Both the position numbers and the translations under genes were made by a program. Shown one piece after another: positions 26,229 to 36,022 of a DNA stretch of 64,000 nt (the stretch's first letter is position 1; each line of letters starts with the position of its first letter). The stretch spans positions 13,082-77,081 of IMG/VR virus record IMGVR_UViG_2562617114_000001; one strand, given 5' to 3'. The DNA is from a virus (taxonomy: Duplodnaviria > Caudoviricetes). The notes beneath the pieces are model-generated. The model did not search any database, was not told the DNA's origin, and saw only the letters and a program-made list of their open reading frames with translations.

Positions 26229-26282
26229 CTCGTTCGCCCTTCCACTGAAAGAGCAAGGCCGTTCGCCTTGCCGTCGCAATGG

Positions 26283-26316
26283 AAAAGGCCCGCCAGAGTG
26301 AGACCGGCAGGCCCTT
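26283..26316 (-). terminator. Leader terminator/attenuator
   Basis: GGCCTGCCGG-TCTCACT-CTGGCGGGCC-TTTT on the minus strand, upstream of the first early ORF. Confidence 0.6.
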
Positions 26317-26870
26317 AGAAACTTTGATGTTTCGGTTATTCGGTTGTTTGTTCTCTGAAATCCCGTGCCTGTATCGGTTGAAGGGTTGCAGCACTTAAGG
26401 GATTTTCTCCCTTTGCCAGCTATCTTTCCGCCACCTGAGAGCGTTGCCGCTCCCTGCCGTGCCTATTGCTATTCCTAAAGCGAGCCTTTCGCCTTTCCAG
26501 TGCATGTTGATCCATGCTTCGCAATCTCTCCCGCCACCGCTCTAAGAGCGTTCGGCCGGAACCTTCACCGATGCAAGTGTTTTGATATCCGTACCTTGCC
26601 GCACGTCCTTCCCCGCAACACTGGTTTTGAGTTTCCAGCTACTGACACGCTTTCGCCTTGTCATTGGGTCGCCTGATTCGTGACCGCGTTTCTCGTTCGT
26701 CCAAGCTTTCTTTCAATCGCCAGAAACCACACGAACGAGTGTCCGTCACGTCTCTGGTACACCTGCCGAAAGCTTGGCAAGAAACCGTCATCTTGTTTTC
26801 AAAGAACCCGGCGAACCGCCTAACCGGCTTGCCGTCCCGAATGCTTTTCTCCATTCGGTATGAACAAGAT

Positions 26871-26970
26871 AATACGTTTCGTATTGAGTAAAAGCCCTAA
26901 ATTACGAAAAACATGCCGAAACCGTATATCATATTGAAAACATTGAAAAAGAAAATTTGCAGAAACGTAT
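26871..26970. promoter_or_regulatory. Distal repressor operator(s) in AT-rich early promoter region
   Basis: AATACG-TTT-CGTATT at 26871-26885; 16-mer ATACGTTTCGTATTGA identical to 879-894; degenerate copy at 26958-26970. Confidence 0.7.
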
Positions 26971-27630
26971 TGCTACCCGTTCACAGCTGCCAAAAGTAGA
27001 CCGGTTTTTCAGCCGAAATCCGCAAAAGTTATCCATTTAAATCAGAGAGTTAGACGAGGAAAATAGGGTGTCGAGCTGTGCTCCGGTTCGAAGCCCGCCA
27101 AAAAAGCCAGCAAAACCAATAGGGCGTTCGCCTGGTAGCAATCCTATACGACCCGAATAAACAGCACTCGAAGAGGGCAGGGGGACGCAAGGGAACGGGA
27201 AAGAGCCCCGCTTGCGTGTTAACAGTGCTGCGAGTCACACAAGCTTCCAGAACGTCGGATTGCGTCCTGAGTGATCCGGCTTCCAGCTTCCCCCTTCCAT
27301 CGCTAGCACGCTAGGCAGCACCCGCCGCGCATATCCTTCCAAGCCGGGTAAGCGCCGTTCCGTGCATCCGTCACCGCCACGCCGCGACCGCTTCACCGCG
27401 ACCACGCAAGCAAGCGAACCATTGACGCAAGGCAGGTGGAAGGGGGAGGGACAAGCCCCCAGAGGGGGAGAGGCAAGGCACCCGCCACCATGCCAGTGCG
27501 TCACCTGCCAGACTGCCAAGCCGCACCCTTGGCACCCGCCACACGGCAGCACCTGCCGCGACCATAGGCAGGCAGGCACCCTCGCAGGGCATTAGTTCAA
27601 TGATATCAACGCGCTACGCACCCCCGCCGA

Positions 27631-27690
27631 GCTAGGTTCTTCCGAGGGGGAGGGGGTCGACCGCGGGTCGGCGGCAGCGCAGCCTTTGAG
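27631..27690 (+). other. Candidate cos/packaging-initiation region
   Basis: TAGGTTCTTCCGAGGGGGGAGGGGGTCGACCGCGGGTC lies just upstream of the late/terminase operon, a position typical of lambda-like GpA phages. Exact cut site not determinable. Confidence 0.4.
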
Positions 27691-27752
27691 CGTTTTTGTG
27701 ATTTCGAAATTCACCCTTCCGATTCCCGTTTTTCCAGCGAGAGGAAGCGATC

Positions 27753-27941
27753 GTGTTCAGATCTCCATTCAGCATCACGCCGGTGACGGACGGCCGAGGG
27801 GTGGTCACTGGCACCAGGTACTTCTTCGACGAACTCGACGAGGATCAACGTGAGGAAATCATTCGCAAAATTCCCCGAGCGAAGATCTCGGACCGGGGAG
27901 TTATCGAGGTGATCGTTCCGGCTGACGACGAAGAAAAATAA
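27753..27941 (+). CDS. Small hypothetical protein
   Basis: GAGGAAG SD with GTG start; first ORF of the late region. Confidence 0.5.
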   Translation: MFRSPFSITPVTDGRGVVTGTRYFFDELDEDQREEIIRKIPRAKISDRGVIEVIVPADDEEK

Positions 27942-28028
27942 TTCTCCGGATCGGGCAAGAAATGACCAGGCGCCACCGGGCGGATACCAAGCGCCTTGCG
28001 AAATCATTCTACGGGTCGCATCACCTGA

Positions 28029-28757
28029 ATGCGCAACGTAGAACAATCATATCGTTTGGGGTCTCGGATGCGCATCGTGGTCGGCCGGTCGAACATGTCG
28101 GCGCTTAGGCGCTTCGAGGAAATGGCAAAGCTGCTCGCAAGTCCTCGAGCAAAATCGGAACTGATGCGCGGCGTGATCGACGCCGGCCGCAGGACGAAGA
28201 CGCCAGTGCAGCGCGCGGTCTTTCGGCAGATGGCGCTGAAGCCTGGCAACTACAACAGCTACGTCGTGGCCGGCACGAGAGGCGTGCCTCGCAAGGAGCT
28301 CCTGGCCTACGACATCTTTGGCGTGAAGGGCGGCGCCAAGATCGAGGCTTACAAGGGCCTGCGCGCGGTAAGCCGAGGCAACAAGCTGAACGTCGGCCGC
28401 AAGGGCGGCGATCGCGGCGTGGTCCGATCCGGCGTCTGGAACAACCCGCGCATCTTCAAGCGCTCGTTCGAAGGCAATGCCGGCAGCTTCTATGCGATGC
28501 GGCCGGCGAGCGCCGGGACATCGAGCCGCGCACCGAAAGCGCTGTGGACGTTCGGCCTGAAGGTCAGCCAGCCGAGAGGCGCGCGCGGACGGTTCGAAGC
28601 GACCAATGTCCAGTATGGCAAGGTCCGCAAGCTCTTCGGCCCGGCGCTGATGAAGGAAATCCCGGAGGACCAGTCGCTCATGACCTTCATGGCGCAAGGC
28701 CCGATGCACCTCGAGCAGCAGGTGATGAAGCGGGTAACGAAACTCATGAGGTACTGA
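28029..28757 (+). CDS. Putative lambda gpZ-like minor tail protein
   Basis: Basic; RIFKRS...VRKLFGPALMKE pattern; directly before the small terminase; start may be 28068. Confidence 0.5.
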   Translation: MRNVEQSYRLGSRMRIVVGRSNMSALRRFEEMAKLLASPRAKSELMRGVIDAGRRTKTPVQRAVFRQMALKPGNYNSYVVAGTRGVPRKELLAYDIFGVKGGAKIEAYKGLRAVSRGNKLNVGRKGGDRGVVRSGVWNNPRIFKRSFEGNAGSFYAMRPASAGTSSRAPKALWTFGLKVSQPRGARGRFEATNVQYGKVRKLFGPALMKEIPEDQSLMTFMAQGPMHLEQQVMKRVTKLMRY

Positions 28758-29341
28758 TGGCAGCCCGGACTAAAAACGCCGCAGCACCGGCGAAGTCGTC
28801 CAAGAAGGCCCTCAAGCCCTTGAAAACCAAGGCGGCGAAGGCGGACGAAAAAACGGCCGTCGACGAGATGGTCGTCAACCAGACCGAAATGGCCGCCGTT
28901 CTGGGCGTGACCACGCGGTGGCTTCGGGAGCAGACCGCGGCCGGCATCGTCCCAACGGAAGGACGAGGGCGCTTCAAGATCGGCGCCGTCGTCCAAGCAT
29001 ACATCGCCTACTCCAAGGAAGGGGCGGTGAAAAAGACCGGGACCGAGAGCCTGGACGATCTCCGAAAAGAAAAGGCCCTCGACATCCGCCTCGCTCGAGC
29101 GCGGAAGGATCGTGAAGTCATCGCCCTCGACGAAGCCATCAGCACGGCAGAGGAGTTGGCAGGCTTGTTCGTCTCCTCGCTCGTCGGTCTCCCAGCACAG
29201 ATAACGGGGGTGCCGAGAGAGCGGCAACGGCTGAATGACATCTTCGACGCAGAGCGCCTACGCCTCACCGATCGTTTCACCAAAAGGATCGCAACTCTTC
29301 GCACGGGCGAGGAAGATCCTGACTCCACGGCCGAGGACTAA
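28757..29341 (+). CDS. Terminase small subunit (Nu1-like)
   Basis: Winged HTH VNQTEMAAVLGVTTRWLRE...GRGRFKIGAVVQAY; coiled coil; TGATG overlap. Confidence 0.8.
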   Translation: MAARTKNAAAPAKSSKKALKPLKTKAAKADEKTAVDEMVVNQTEMAAVLGVTTRWLREQTAAGIVPTEGRGRFKIGAVVQAYIAYSKEGAVKKTGTESLDDLRKEKALDIRLARARKDREVIALDEAISTAEELAGLFVSSLVGLPAQITGVPRERQRLNDIFDAERLRLTDRFTKRIATLRTGEEDPDSTAED

Positions 29342-31307
29342 CCCGGTCGAATGGGGCAAGACCCGCGAATACAAGGAAACGGCCGGGCATCCCGGACCGC
29401 GCAACCCCTACAAGACGCCATACATGGTGCCGTTCGCCATGCGGGTTCATGCGCGCACTCACAAGCGCGTCGTCATGGTGGTGTCGGCGCAGTCCGGGAA
29501 ATCGGAAACGTTCCTGGACCTGATGGGCGAGCGCCTGGACACGGCGCCGGTGCCGATCATCTACGTCGGCCCCTCGAAGCGATTCATCACCGAGCAGTGG
29601 GAGCCCCGCATCCTCGAGCTGATGACCGAGACGTCGCTTAAGGATCGGGTCGGCGCCAAGAGCCGGCAGACCAAGAGCCGCAAATTCATCAACGGTGTCC
29701 CGCTTCGCCTGGCACACGGGGGCTCGACCGGCGCCATGAAATCCGACCCGTTTGGCATGGCGTTCACTGACGAAGCCGACGAGCTCATGAAGGAGCTCAA
29801 GGGGCAGGGTAACCCGATCGGCCTGATCGATGCGCGCGGCGACACCTACGCAGACTTCGTGCATGCGATCACGTCAACGCCGAGCGAGGGGGTGGCTGAA
29901 GTGGAAGTCGACCCTGAAAGCGGCCTCGAGTTTTGGGGCGAGAGCGATCCGGAAGAGGTCAAGTCGACCGTCTGGCGCCTCTGGATGACCGGCACCCGGT
30001 ACCATTGGGCGTGGCCTTGCCCACACTGTGGCGAGTATTTTATCCCGCGCTTCACTTGCCTCGGTTGGGAAAAGCCGAGGGACAAGGACGACAGGGAGCT
30101 GCCGTCGACGCCGATCATGGCGATGCAGACCGCGCACCTGGTTTGTCCGCACGGCTGCGTGATCTTCGAAAACGAGACGGTCACCGTCGAGCCGGCCAAC
30201 CTGCCGGCGAAGGAATGGATGAACGCCCGCGGCGTCTATGTTGCCCCAGGCCAGAAGATCCTCGCAGACGGCACAGTTGAGGGCCCCGTCCCGGAAGCGA
30301 CAACGGTCAGCTATTGGGTGTCGGGCTTGTGCTCTCCGTTCGTGCCGTGGGGCGAGCGCGCTCAGCGCTACGTGGAAGCGGTACGATCGGGCAACCCGGG
30401 CGACATCGCGGCCGTCAAGAACCAGGGCTTCGGCGAGCTCTATTCGCCAGGTGGTGGCGCGGTACCGGAGTGGAAGGAAGTCGCCGCGCGGGCCAGCCCG
30501 GACTATCGCTGCGACGAGATCGCAGAAGGTGTCCGTGTCCTAACGCTCACTGCCGACGTCCAGAAGGACCGGATCTATTACACGATCCGCGGATGGGGAG
30601 CGCACGGGACGTCTTGGTTGGTCAAAGCCGGCGAATTGTACGGGTCGACCGAAGAGCTCGAGGTCTGGAACGACCTGGCAGTGGTCGTCACAGATACCTA
30701 CGACGGCATCCCGATACGGCTGGCGCTGGTCGATTCCGGCTTCCGGCCCGGCAAGAAATTCGTCGTTCCAGAGCACCGTGTCTATGCGTTCGCTCGTCGC
30801 TTCCCCCAGCTTGTGAGGGCGACGAAAGGCGCATCGACAACGATGAGAAAGCCGATCAGCACCAACACGATCGACATCAACATCGACGGCAAGGACATCA
30901 AGAAGGGCCTCGAGCTGGTCCGTCTCGACACCGATTACTTCAAGAGCTGGGTGCAGCAGAAGATCCGGTGGCTCGATGACCAACCCGGCTCCTGGTACCT
31001 GCCCGAGGATATTTCGGAAGATTACTGCAAACAGATGGTCTCCGAAGCTCGAGTCCGCGCACCGGGCGGCAAAGTCAAATGGATCATGAAGTCGAAGGCG
31101 AACCACTACTTCGACTGTGAAGCCATGCAGGGCGCAGCGTGCATGCTGCTCAACCTGACGAAACTGAGAGATGGACCGCCGCAGCGTCGGCGCCCCGTCC
31201 AAGAGCAACCAGCACCACCACAGGAAGCGGCTCGGCCGGCGCAACCCAACAAGGGGGGCAGCCGTCCCTCCAGCTATTGGGGAGGTGCTTCAGACAGGTA
31301 TTGGTGA
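29235..31307 (+). CDS. Terminase large subunit (GpA family)
   Basis: SAQSGKSE, FTDEADE, STP, WPCPHCGE, LTADVQKDR, LVDSG, NHYFDC; true start may be slightly downstream. Confidence 0.93.
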   Translation: MTSSTQSAYASPIVSPKGSQLFARARKILTPRPRTNPVEWGKTREYKETAGHPGPRNPYKTPYMVPFAMRVHARTHKRVVMVVSAQSGKSETFLDLMGERLDTAPVPIIYVGPSKRFITEQWEPRILELMTETSLKDRVGAKSRQTKSRKFINGVPLRLAHGGSTGAMKSDPFGMAFTDEADELMKELKGQGNPIGLIDARGDTYADFVHAITSTPSEGVAEVEVDPESGLEFWGESDPEEVKSTVWRLWMTGTRYHWAWPCPHCGEYFIPRFTCLGWEKPRDKDDRELPSTPIMAMQTAHLVCPHGCVIFENETVTVEPANLPAKEWMNARGVYVAPGQKILADGTVEGPVPEATTVSYWVSGLCSPFVPWGERAQRYVEAVRSGNPGDIAAVKNQGFGELYSPGGGAVPEWKEVAARASPDYRCDEIAEGVRVLTLTADVQKDRIYYTIRGWGAHGTSWLVKAGELYGSTEELEVWNDLAVVVTDTYDGIPIRLALVDSGFRPGKKFVVPEHRVYAFARRFPQLVRATKGASTTMRKPISTNTIDINIDGKDIKKGLELVRLDTDYFKSWVQQKIRWLDDQPGSWYLPEDISEDYCKQMVSEARVRAPGGKVKWIMKSKANHYFDCEAMQGAACMLLNLTKLRDGPPQRRRPVQEQPAPPQEAARPAQPNKGGSRPSSYWGGASDRYW

Positions 31308-31540
31308 TGGCTGACGAGATCCCCATCGACGGACTGACCACGGAGGAGAGGCAGGCTTTCCTGAAAGATTTGAAGGAAGCCTTCTACTCCGGCACCCATC
31401 GCGTCCGCTTCCGTGAGCGCGATGTCACCTACCGCAAGCTCACGGAGATGAAGCAGATCATCGACGAGCTCGAGGCATCCCTGAAACCGAACCGCCGGCC
31501 ACGCGCCGCCGTCTTCACAACGTTCGGTCGGGGGTACTGA
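31307..31540 (+). CDS. gpW-like head-tail joining protein
   Basis: LKEAFYSGTHRVRFRERDVTYR; lies between terminase and portal. Confidence 0.8.
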   Translation: MADEIPIDGLTTEERQAFLKDLKEAFYSGTHRVRFRERDVTYRKLTEMKQIIDELEASLKPNRRPRAAVFTTFGRGY

Positions 31541-33108
31541 TGGTTTCCAACTTCCTCGACAGAACGATCGGCTTCTTCAGCCCTGAGAAGGGAGCGAAGC
31601 GGGTCGCGGCACGGAAGCGGATGGAGCTGCTGGATGGGATACGGGCTTACGAGGGCGCGTCGAATGGGCGGCTGGCTCAAAACTGGCTTGCGCCTCGCGG
31701 GGATGCAAACGGCGAAATTTCGCGGGCGGGTGCAACGCTCCGGGATCGATCGCGCGATGCTGTCCGCAATCATCCGCTCGCGGCAAAGATCGTAACCATC
31801 CACGCCAACAACTTCGTCGGCTTCGGCATCACGCCGCAGTTCAAGACCGGCGATCCGGATCGTGACAAGAAGCTCACCGAGCTCTTCGACGAATGGTCGA
31901 AGGTTTGCCATGTGGATGGATCGACTGACTTCTACGGCCTGACCTATCTCCTCGCACGCATGATGGTGCAGGACGGCGAACTCTACATCCGTAAGCGGAC
32001 CCGGCTCATGTCGGATGGGCTGCCGGTACCGCTCCAGCTGCAGGTGCTCGATAGCGAGTTCTGCGACTGGTCCAAGAGCATCACGCTCGAGGGTAACCGG
32101 ATCATCAACGGCATCGAGTACGACGCGATCGGCCGGCGCCGCGGATACTGGCTCTACCCGCAGAATCCCCTGGGCAGTTACTCGTTTGGCGGCACGGTGG
32201 CCGTCAGCGGCTTCGTGCCGGCGACGGATGTGGCTCACATTTTCGAGCCGCAGACGAACCAGATCCACGGTGTGCCTTGGCTGGCGCCGATCCTGACCGA
32301 GCTAAAGGATCTCAGGGACTACGAGCTTGCGGAGAACATCCGCAAGAAAGTGGAAGCCTGCTCCGTCGGCACAGTCGTTCTAGGCGACACCGAGAACGAT
32401 GACGACCCGAACGTCGGCATCACCGTCCCCGACCCGCCTGGCGAGGGCAAGGTCGAGCCGGCGGTTACGGACGTCTACGGCAATCCGATGGAACGGATGG
32501 AGCCGGGGATGTTCCACATTCTGACGGGCGGCAAGGACATCAAGTTCAACACCCCGGCGATCTCGGCGGGCATGGAAGCGTATCTCCGCACTCGCCACCG
32601 CAGCATCGCGGCCGGCGCGCGGGTGACCTACGAGCTCATGACCGGCGATTTTAGCCAGGCCAATTTCGCATCGGGCAAGCTCGGCTTGCTCGAGTATCAG
32701 CGGTTCGTCGGGCATGTGCAGTGGCACATTCTGATTCCGCAGGCACTCGACAAGATCGGCGCTTGGTTCATCGAAGCCGCAAAGCTGGCCGGAAAGCTTC
32801 CTGCGAACGTGGCGGTGAAGATCGAATGGACGCCGCCCGAAGTCGAAAGCATCACCCGTCTCGACGACGCGCGCGCAGATCTCCTCGAGGTCCGCATGGG
32901 CAAGCGCTCCATGCCCGAGATCATCGCCAAGACCGGACGCGATCCAGCGACCGTGCTCAAGGAGACAGACGAGTGGAGCGCCAAGGTCGATGCGACCGCC
33001 ACCAAGCTCATCCTCGATTCCGATCCGCGCAAGGTCACCATCCAGGGCCAATTGCAGATGACGAAACAGGATGGCGACAACGGAGAAACCGATGCCCCAA
33101 GCTCTTAG
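31540..33108 (+). CDS. Portal protein, lambda family
   Basis: YEGAS.GR, LRDRSRDAVRN, DGE, HIFEP...G.PWLAP, TGDFSQANFAS. Confidence 0.93.
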   Translation: MVSNFLDRTIGFFSPEKGAKRVAARKRMELLDGIRAYEGASNGRLAQNWLAPRGDANGEISRAGATLRDRSRDAVRNHPLAAKIVTIHANNFVGFGITPQFKTGDPDRDKKLTELFDEWSKVCHVDGSTDFYGLTYLLARMMVQDGELYIRKRTRLMSDGLPVPLQLQVLDSEFCDWSKSITLEGNRIINGIEYDAIGRRRGYWLYPQNPLGSYSFGGTVAVSGFVPATDVAHIFEPQTNQIHGVPWLAPILTELKDLRDYELAENIRKKVEACSVGTVVLGDTENDDDPNVGITVPDPPGEGKVEPAVTDVYGNPMERMEPGMFHILTGGKDIKFNTPAISAGMEAYLRTRHRSIAAGARVTYELMTGDFSQANFASGKLGLLEYQRFVGHVQWHILIPQALDKIGAWFIEAAKLAGKLPANVAVKIEWTPPEVESITRLDDARADLLEVRMGKRSMPEIIAKTGRDPATVLKETDEWSAKVDATATKLILDSDPRKVTIQGQLQMTKQDGDNGETDAPSS

Positions 33109-35284
33109 AGAGGCAATCGAGAAAGAAATCCGCATCCCGAAGAGCTTCGGCGAGGTCGAGGTGCGGGCCGACACCTTCAACGAGAACGATCGCACAGTCG
33201 AGGTTTGCTGGTCTACCGGCGCCAAGGTGAAGCGATATTCCTGGGATGAAGGCTACTACATGGAAGAGCTGCAGGTGGACAAGAAAGCTGTCCGCCTCGA
33301 TCGGTTCAGCGCGATGTCGTTGCTCGACACGCACGACAACTACTCCATGGATTCGAGGCTGGGCACTGTCGTCCCAGGCTCGGTTCGCTTCGAGAACGGC
33401 AAGGCTTACGCGCGCATCAAGTTCTCGAGGAAGCAGCGCGCCGAAGAGATCATGCAGGACATCCGCGACGGACATCCCCTGCCGATCTCGGTTGGCTACA
33501 AAATCCACCGGTATGAGAAGACCGAAGGCGCAGACGGGCAGCTGCCTGTGCTGAGGGCGATCGATTGGGAGCCGCTCGAATTGTCGGCGGTACCGATCCC
33601 GGCGGACGCCGGAGCAATCTCCAGATCCGAGCCGGACGGCAAGGACTTCGAAACCGTCCTGGTCCGGCAGGACTCACCCCACGCGGCCGTGCCCGCAACT
33701 ACGAAGGAAAGACCCATGAATAAGCGCGAAGCCGCGAAGCAGTACAAGGGTGATCAGCTGGACGCCCTTGCCATTGGTGCAGGTATCTCCCGCAAGGAAA
33801 ACGAGACTGACGAAGCCCTGCGCGCTCGCCTGCTCGATGCCTTCGACAAGGAAGACCGCGCCGCCGACGAGGCCGAAAAGGCTCGCAAGGCTGCTGAAGA
33901 AACCGCTCGCCGTGCCGCTGAAGAAGAAATCCAGCGCCGCGCAACCGGTCAGCAGCACCAGCAGCAGCCCACCGGTCTGACCGAGCAGCAGGCGCAGCAG
34001 CGTGCGGACGAGGCTGTCGCCGCCGAAGTCAAGCGCCGCTCCGACATTGAGGGCTTCGCTAAGATCTCCGGCCTGAAGTCCGACGACGAGCTCGTCCGCA
34101 AGGCGATCGACGACCGCCACACGATGGAGCAGTTCCGGAACGCGGTCCTCGACAAGATGATCGCCGACCAGGCGCGCTCCCCGACCTTCCCGCACAGCGA
34201 GAGCCGTGGGATGGATGCGCAGGACACAATGCGCCGCATGGTCACCAACGCCATCCTCCATCAGCTCGGCGTCGAGTCGAAGCTCGAGGACGGCGCCCGC
34301 GAATGGCGCTCGATGGGCGCGATGGAGATGGCCCGGGAACTGCTGGCTGCACGCGGCCAGAGCACCCGTGGCGGCGTCCACCAGATCGCCGAGCGCTCGC
34401 TGCACACAACGAGCGACTTCCCGATCATCCTGCAGTCGGTCGTCCGTGCGGTTCTCCTGTCCCGCTACACCGGCTACGAGAACACGTTCCAGCTCTTTGC
34501 CTCGCGCGAAGTGCTGCCGGACTATCGTGAAGCCAAGGTGCTCGATATCGGCGCGGCGCCCGACCTGAAGCTGAAGAACGAGCACGGTGAGTTCGTGTCC
34601 GGCACGCTCCGCGAAAGCGAAGAAGCCATGAAGCTGCAGCGCTACGGTCGCGCGATCGGCTTCACCCACGAAATGCTCGTGAACGACCAGCTCGGTCAGT
34701 TCATGAAGGTGGTCGGCCAGTGGGGCGAGAAGGTCGCCAAGCTGGAAGGCGACGTCATGTGGGGCGCCATCATCAACAACCTGGTAATGAAGGATGGCTT
34801 TGGCCTCTTCCATGCCAACCATAAGAACCTTGCCGCCAGCGGTACGGCTCTCGACATCGCCAACCTGAAGAAGGCCCGCACGGCGATGCGCGGTCAGAAG
34901 GACATCGACGGCGGTATCATCAACCTCAACCCGAAGTATCTGTTCACCGGCTCGAACCTCGAGCTCGATGCGCAGACGCTGGTTGCGGCTCCGTACAACC
35001 CGGTCGTCGCCGGCGAAGTCACCCCGCAGGCGATCAAGTCGCTGGTTCCGGTCTACGAGCCGCGCCTCGACCTGATCACCAAGAACGCATGGTTCCTGTT
35101 CTCCGACTCCGCTTCGGATCGCGGCCTGCACTACCTGCACCTGCTGGGTTACGAGCAGCCGACCACGAACGAGCAGATCGGTTTCCGCATCGAAGGCGTG
35201 GAGTTCACCATCGCGCATTCGTTCGGCGTCGGCCTGACAGACTACCGGTTCGCCTACAAGAACCCTGGCGTCGATCCAACCTGA
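33071..35284 (+). CDS. Prohead protease-major capsid protein fusion
   Basis: N-terminal protease LLDTHD...ISVGY...WEPLELSAVPIPAD; C-terminal capsid HTTSDFPIIL, YGRAIGFTHEMLVND, RFAYKNPG. Confidence 0.88.
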   Translation: MATTEKPMPQALREAIEKEIRIPKSFGEVEVRADTFNENDRTVEVCWSTGAKVKRYSWDEGYYMEELQVDKKAVRLDRFSAMSLLDTHDNYSMDSRLGTVVPGSVRFENGKAYARIKFSRKQRAEEIMQDIRDGHPLPISVGYKIHRYEKTEGADGQLPVLRAIDWEPLELSAVPIPADAGAISRSEPDGKDFETVLVRQDSPHAAVPATTKERPMNKREAAKQYKGDQLDALAIGAGISRKENETDEALRARLLDAFDKEDRAADEAEKARKAAEETARRAAEEEIQRRATGQQHQQQPTGLTEQQAQQRADEAVAAEVKRRSDIEGFAKISGLKSDDELVRKAIDDRHTMEQFRNAVLDKMIADQARSPTFPHSESRGMDAQDTMRRMVTNAILHQLGVESKLEDGAREWRSMGAMEMARELLAARGQSTRGGVHQIAERSLHTTSDFPIILQSVVRAVLLSRYTGYENTFQLFASREVLPDYREAKVLDIGAAPDLKLKNEHGEFVSGTLRESEEAMKLQRYGRAIGFTHEMLVNDQLGQFMKVVGQWGEKVAKLEGDVMWGAIINNLVMKDGFGLFHANHKNLAASGTALDIANLKKARTAMRGQKDIDGGIINLNPKYLFTGSNLELDAQTLVAAPYNPVVAGEVTPQAIKSLVPVYEPRLDLITKNAWFLFSDSASDRGLHYLHLLGYEQPTTNEQIGFRIEGVEFTIAHSFGVGLTDYRFAYKNPGVDPT

Positions 35285-35304
35285 TCGGGATCACCTGACC
35301 CACT

Positions 35305-35338
35305 AGGCGCCGATTAAACCCGGCGCCTTTTCCTTTTT
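35305..35338 (+). terminator. Intrinsic terminator after capsid gene
   Basis: AGGCGCCG...CGGCGCCT followed by TTTCCTTTTT. Confidence 0.6.
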
Positions 35339-35359
35339 GCAAACACGGGAGAACCCCAC

Positions 35360-35692
35360 ATGCGCAATTTCATTCAGCCGGGCAAGGTGATCACCGCAGT
35401 GGCGCCGTCTGGCGGCGTCGTCAGCGGCGGCTTCTACAAGATCGGTGCCTTTTTCGGTATCGCCACCACGACCAAGGCGGTTGGCGAGAACTTCGAGCTC
35501 GACATCAGCGGCGGCGTCTACGAGCTGCCGAAGACCTCGGCCGAAGGCTGGGCGTTCGGCGACACGATCTACGCCACCTCCGGCGGTCTCATGACCACGG
35601 TCAGCTCCGGCAACACCAAGGTGGGTACGGCCGCTGCTATCGCCGCCAACCCCTCCGGCTCCGGCCTGGTGAAGCTCAACAACAACTTCTAA
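35360..35692 (+). CDS. DUF2190-like capsid cement/decoration protein
   Basis: MRNFIQPGKVIT..AP.GGVVSG...GVYELPK; follows the MCP. Confidence 0.85.
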   Translation: MRNFIQPGKVITAVAPSGGVVSGGFYKIGAFFGIATTTKAVGENFELDISGGVYELPKTSAEGWAFGDTIYATSGGLMTTVSSGNTKVGTAAAIAANPSGSGLVKLNNNF

Positions 35693-35746
35693 TCGCCTGA
35701 CGGCGGCCTTCGCCGGCTGCCGCAACTCCCACAAGGAAACGCGATC

Positions 35747-36013
35747 ATGACGACCAAGAAGACCACCGCCAAGGCCGACCTCTCGAAGAGCTACGTGGCC
35801 GCACTCGACACCATCTTCGAAGGCAGCCCGGTTCGTGAGGGTGTCCCCGTCAGCGTGAGGGGTATGGCCGAAGAGCGCGTCCAGGAATACCTCGACGCCG
35901 GCCTGATCGAGCTCCCGGACGAGCCGTCGAAGGAGGCCGTGGAAACGAGCAAGCAGCTCTCGGAAGAAGCCGCAAAGATCGACACCTCCGGTGACAAGCG
36001 CACCGAAAAGTAG
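35747..36013 (+). CDS. Hypothetical virion-associated protein
   Basis: AAGGA SD; position in the head cluster. Confidence 0.65.
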   Translation: MTTKKTTAKADLSKSYVAALDTIFEGSPVREGVPVSVRGMAEERVQEYLDAGLIELPDEPSKEAVETSKQLSEEAAKIDTSGDKRTEK

Positions 36014-36022
36014 GGGCAGGCA

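Noticed and set aside
26639-26854. 71-aa minus-strand ORF just after the distal operator
   Set aside because: No SD and no recognisable features; could be leaderless but is unsupported. Treated as part of the non-coding leader.
33674-35218. Long antisense ORF (514 aa) opposite the capsid gene; similar ones at 19528-20619, 21388-22533, 1313-2113 and 49764-50759
   Set aside because: Shadow ORFs produced by GC-rich codon bias on the real strand; no motifs or SD sites.
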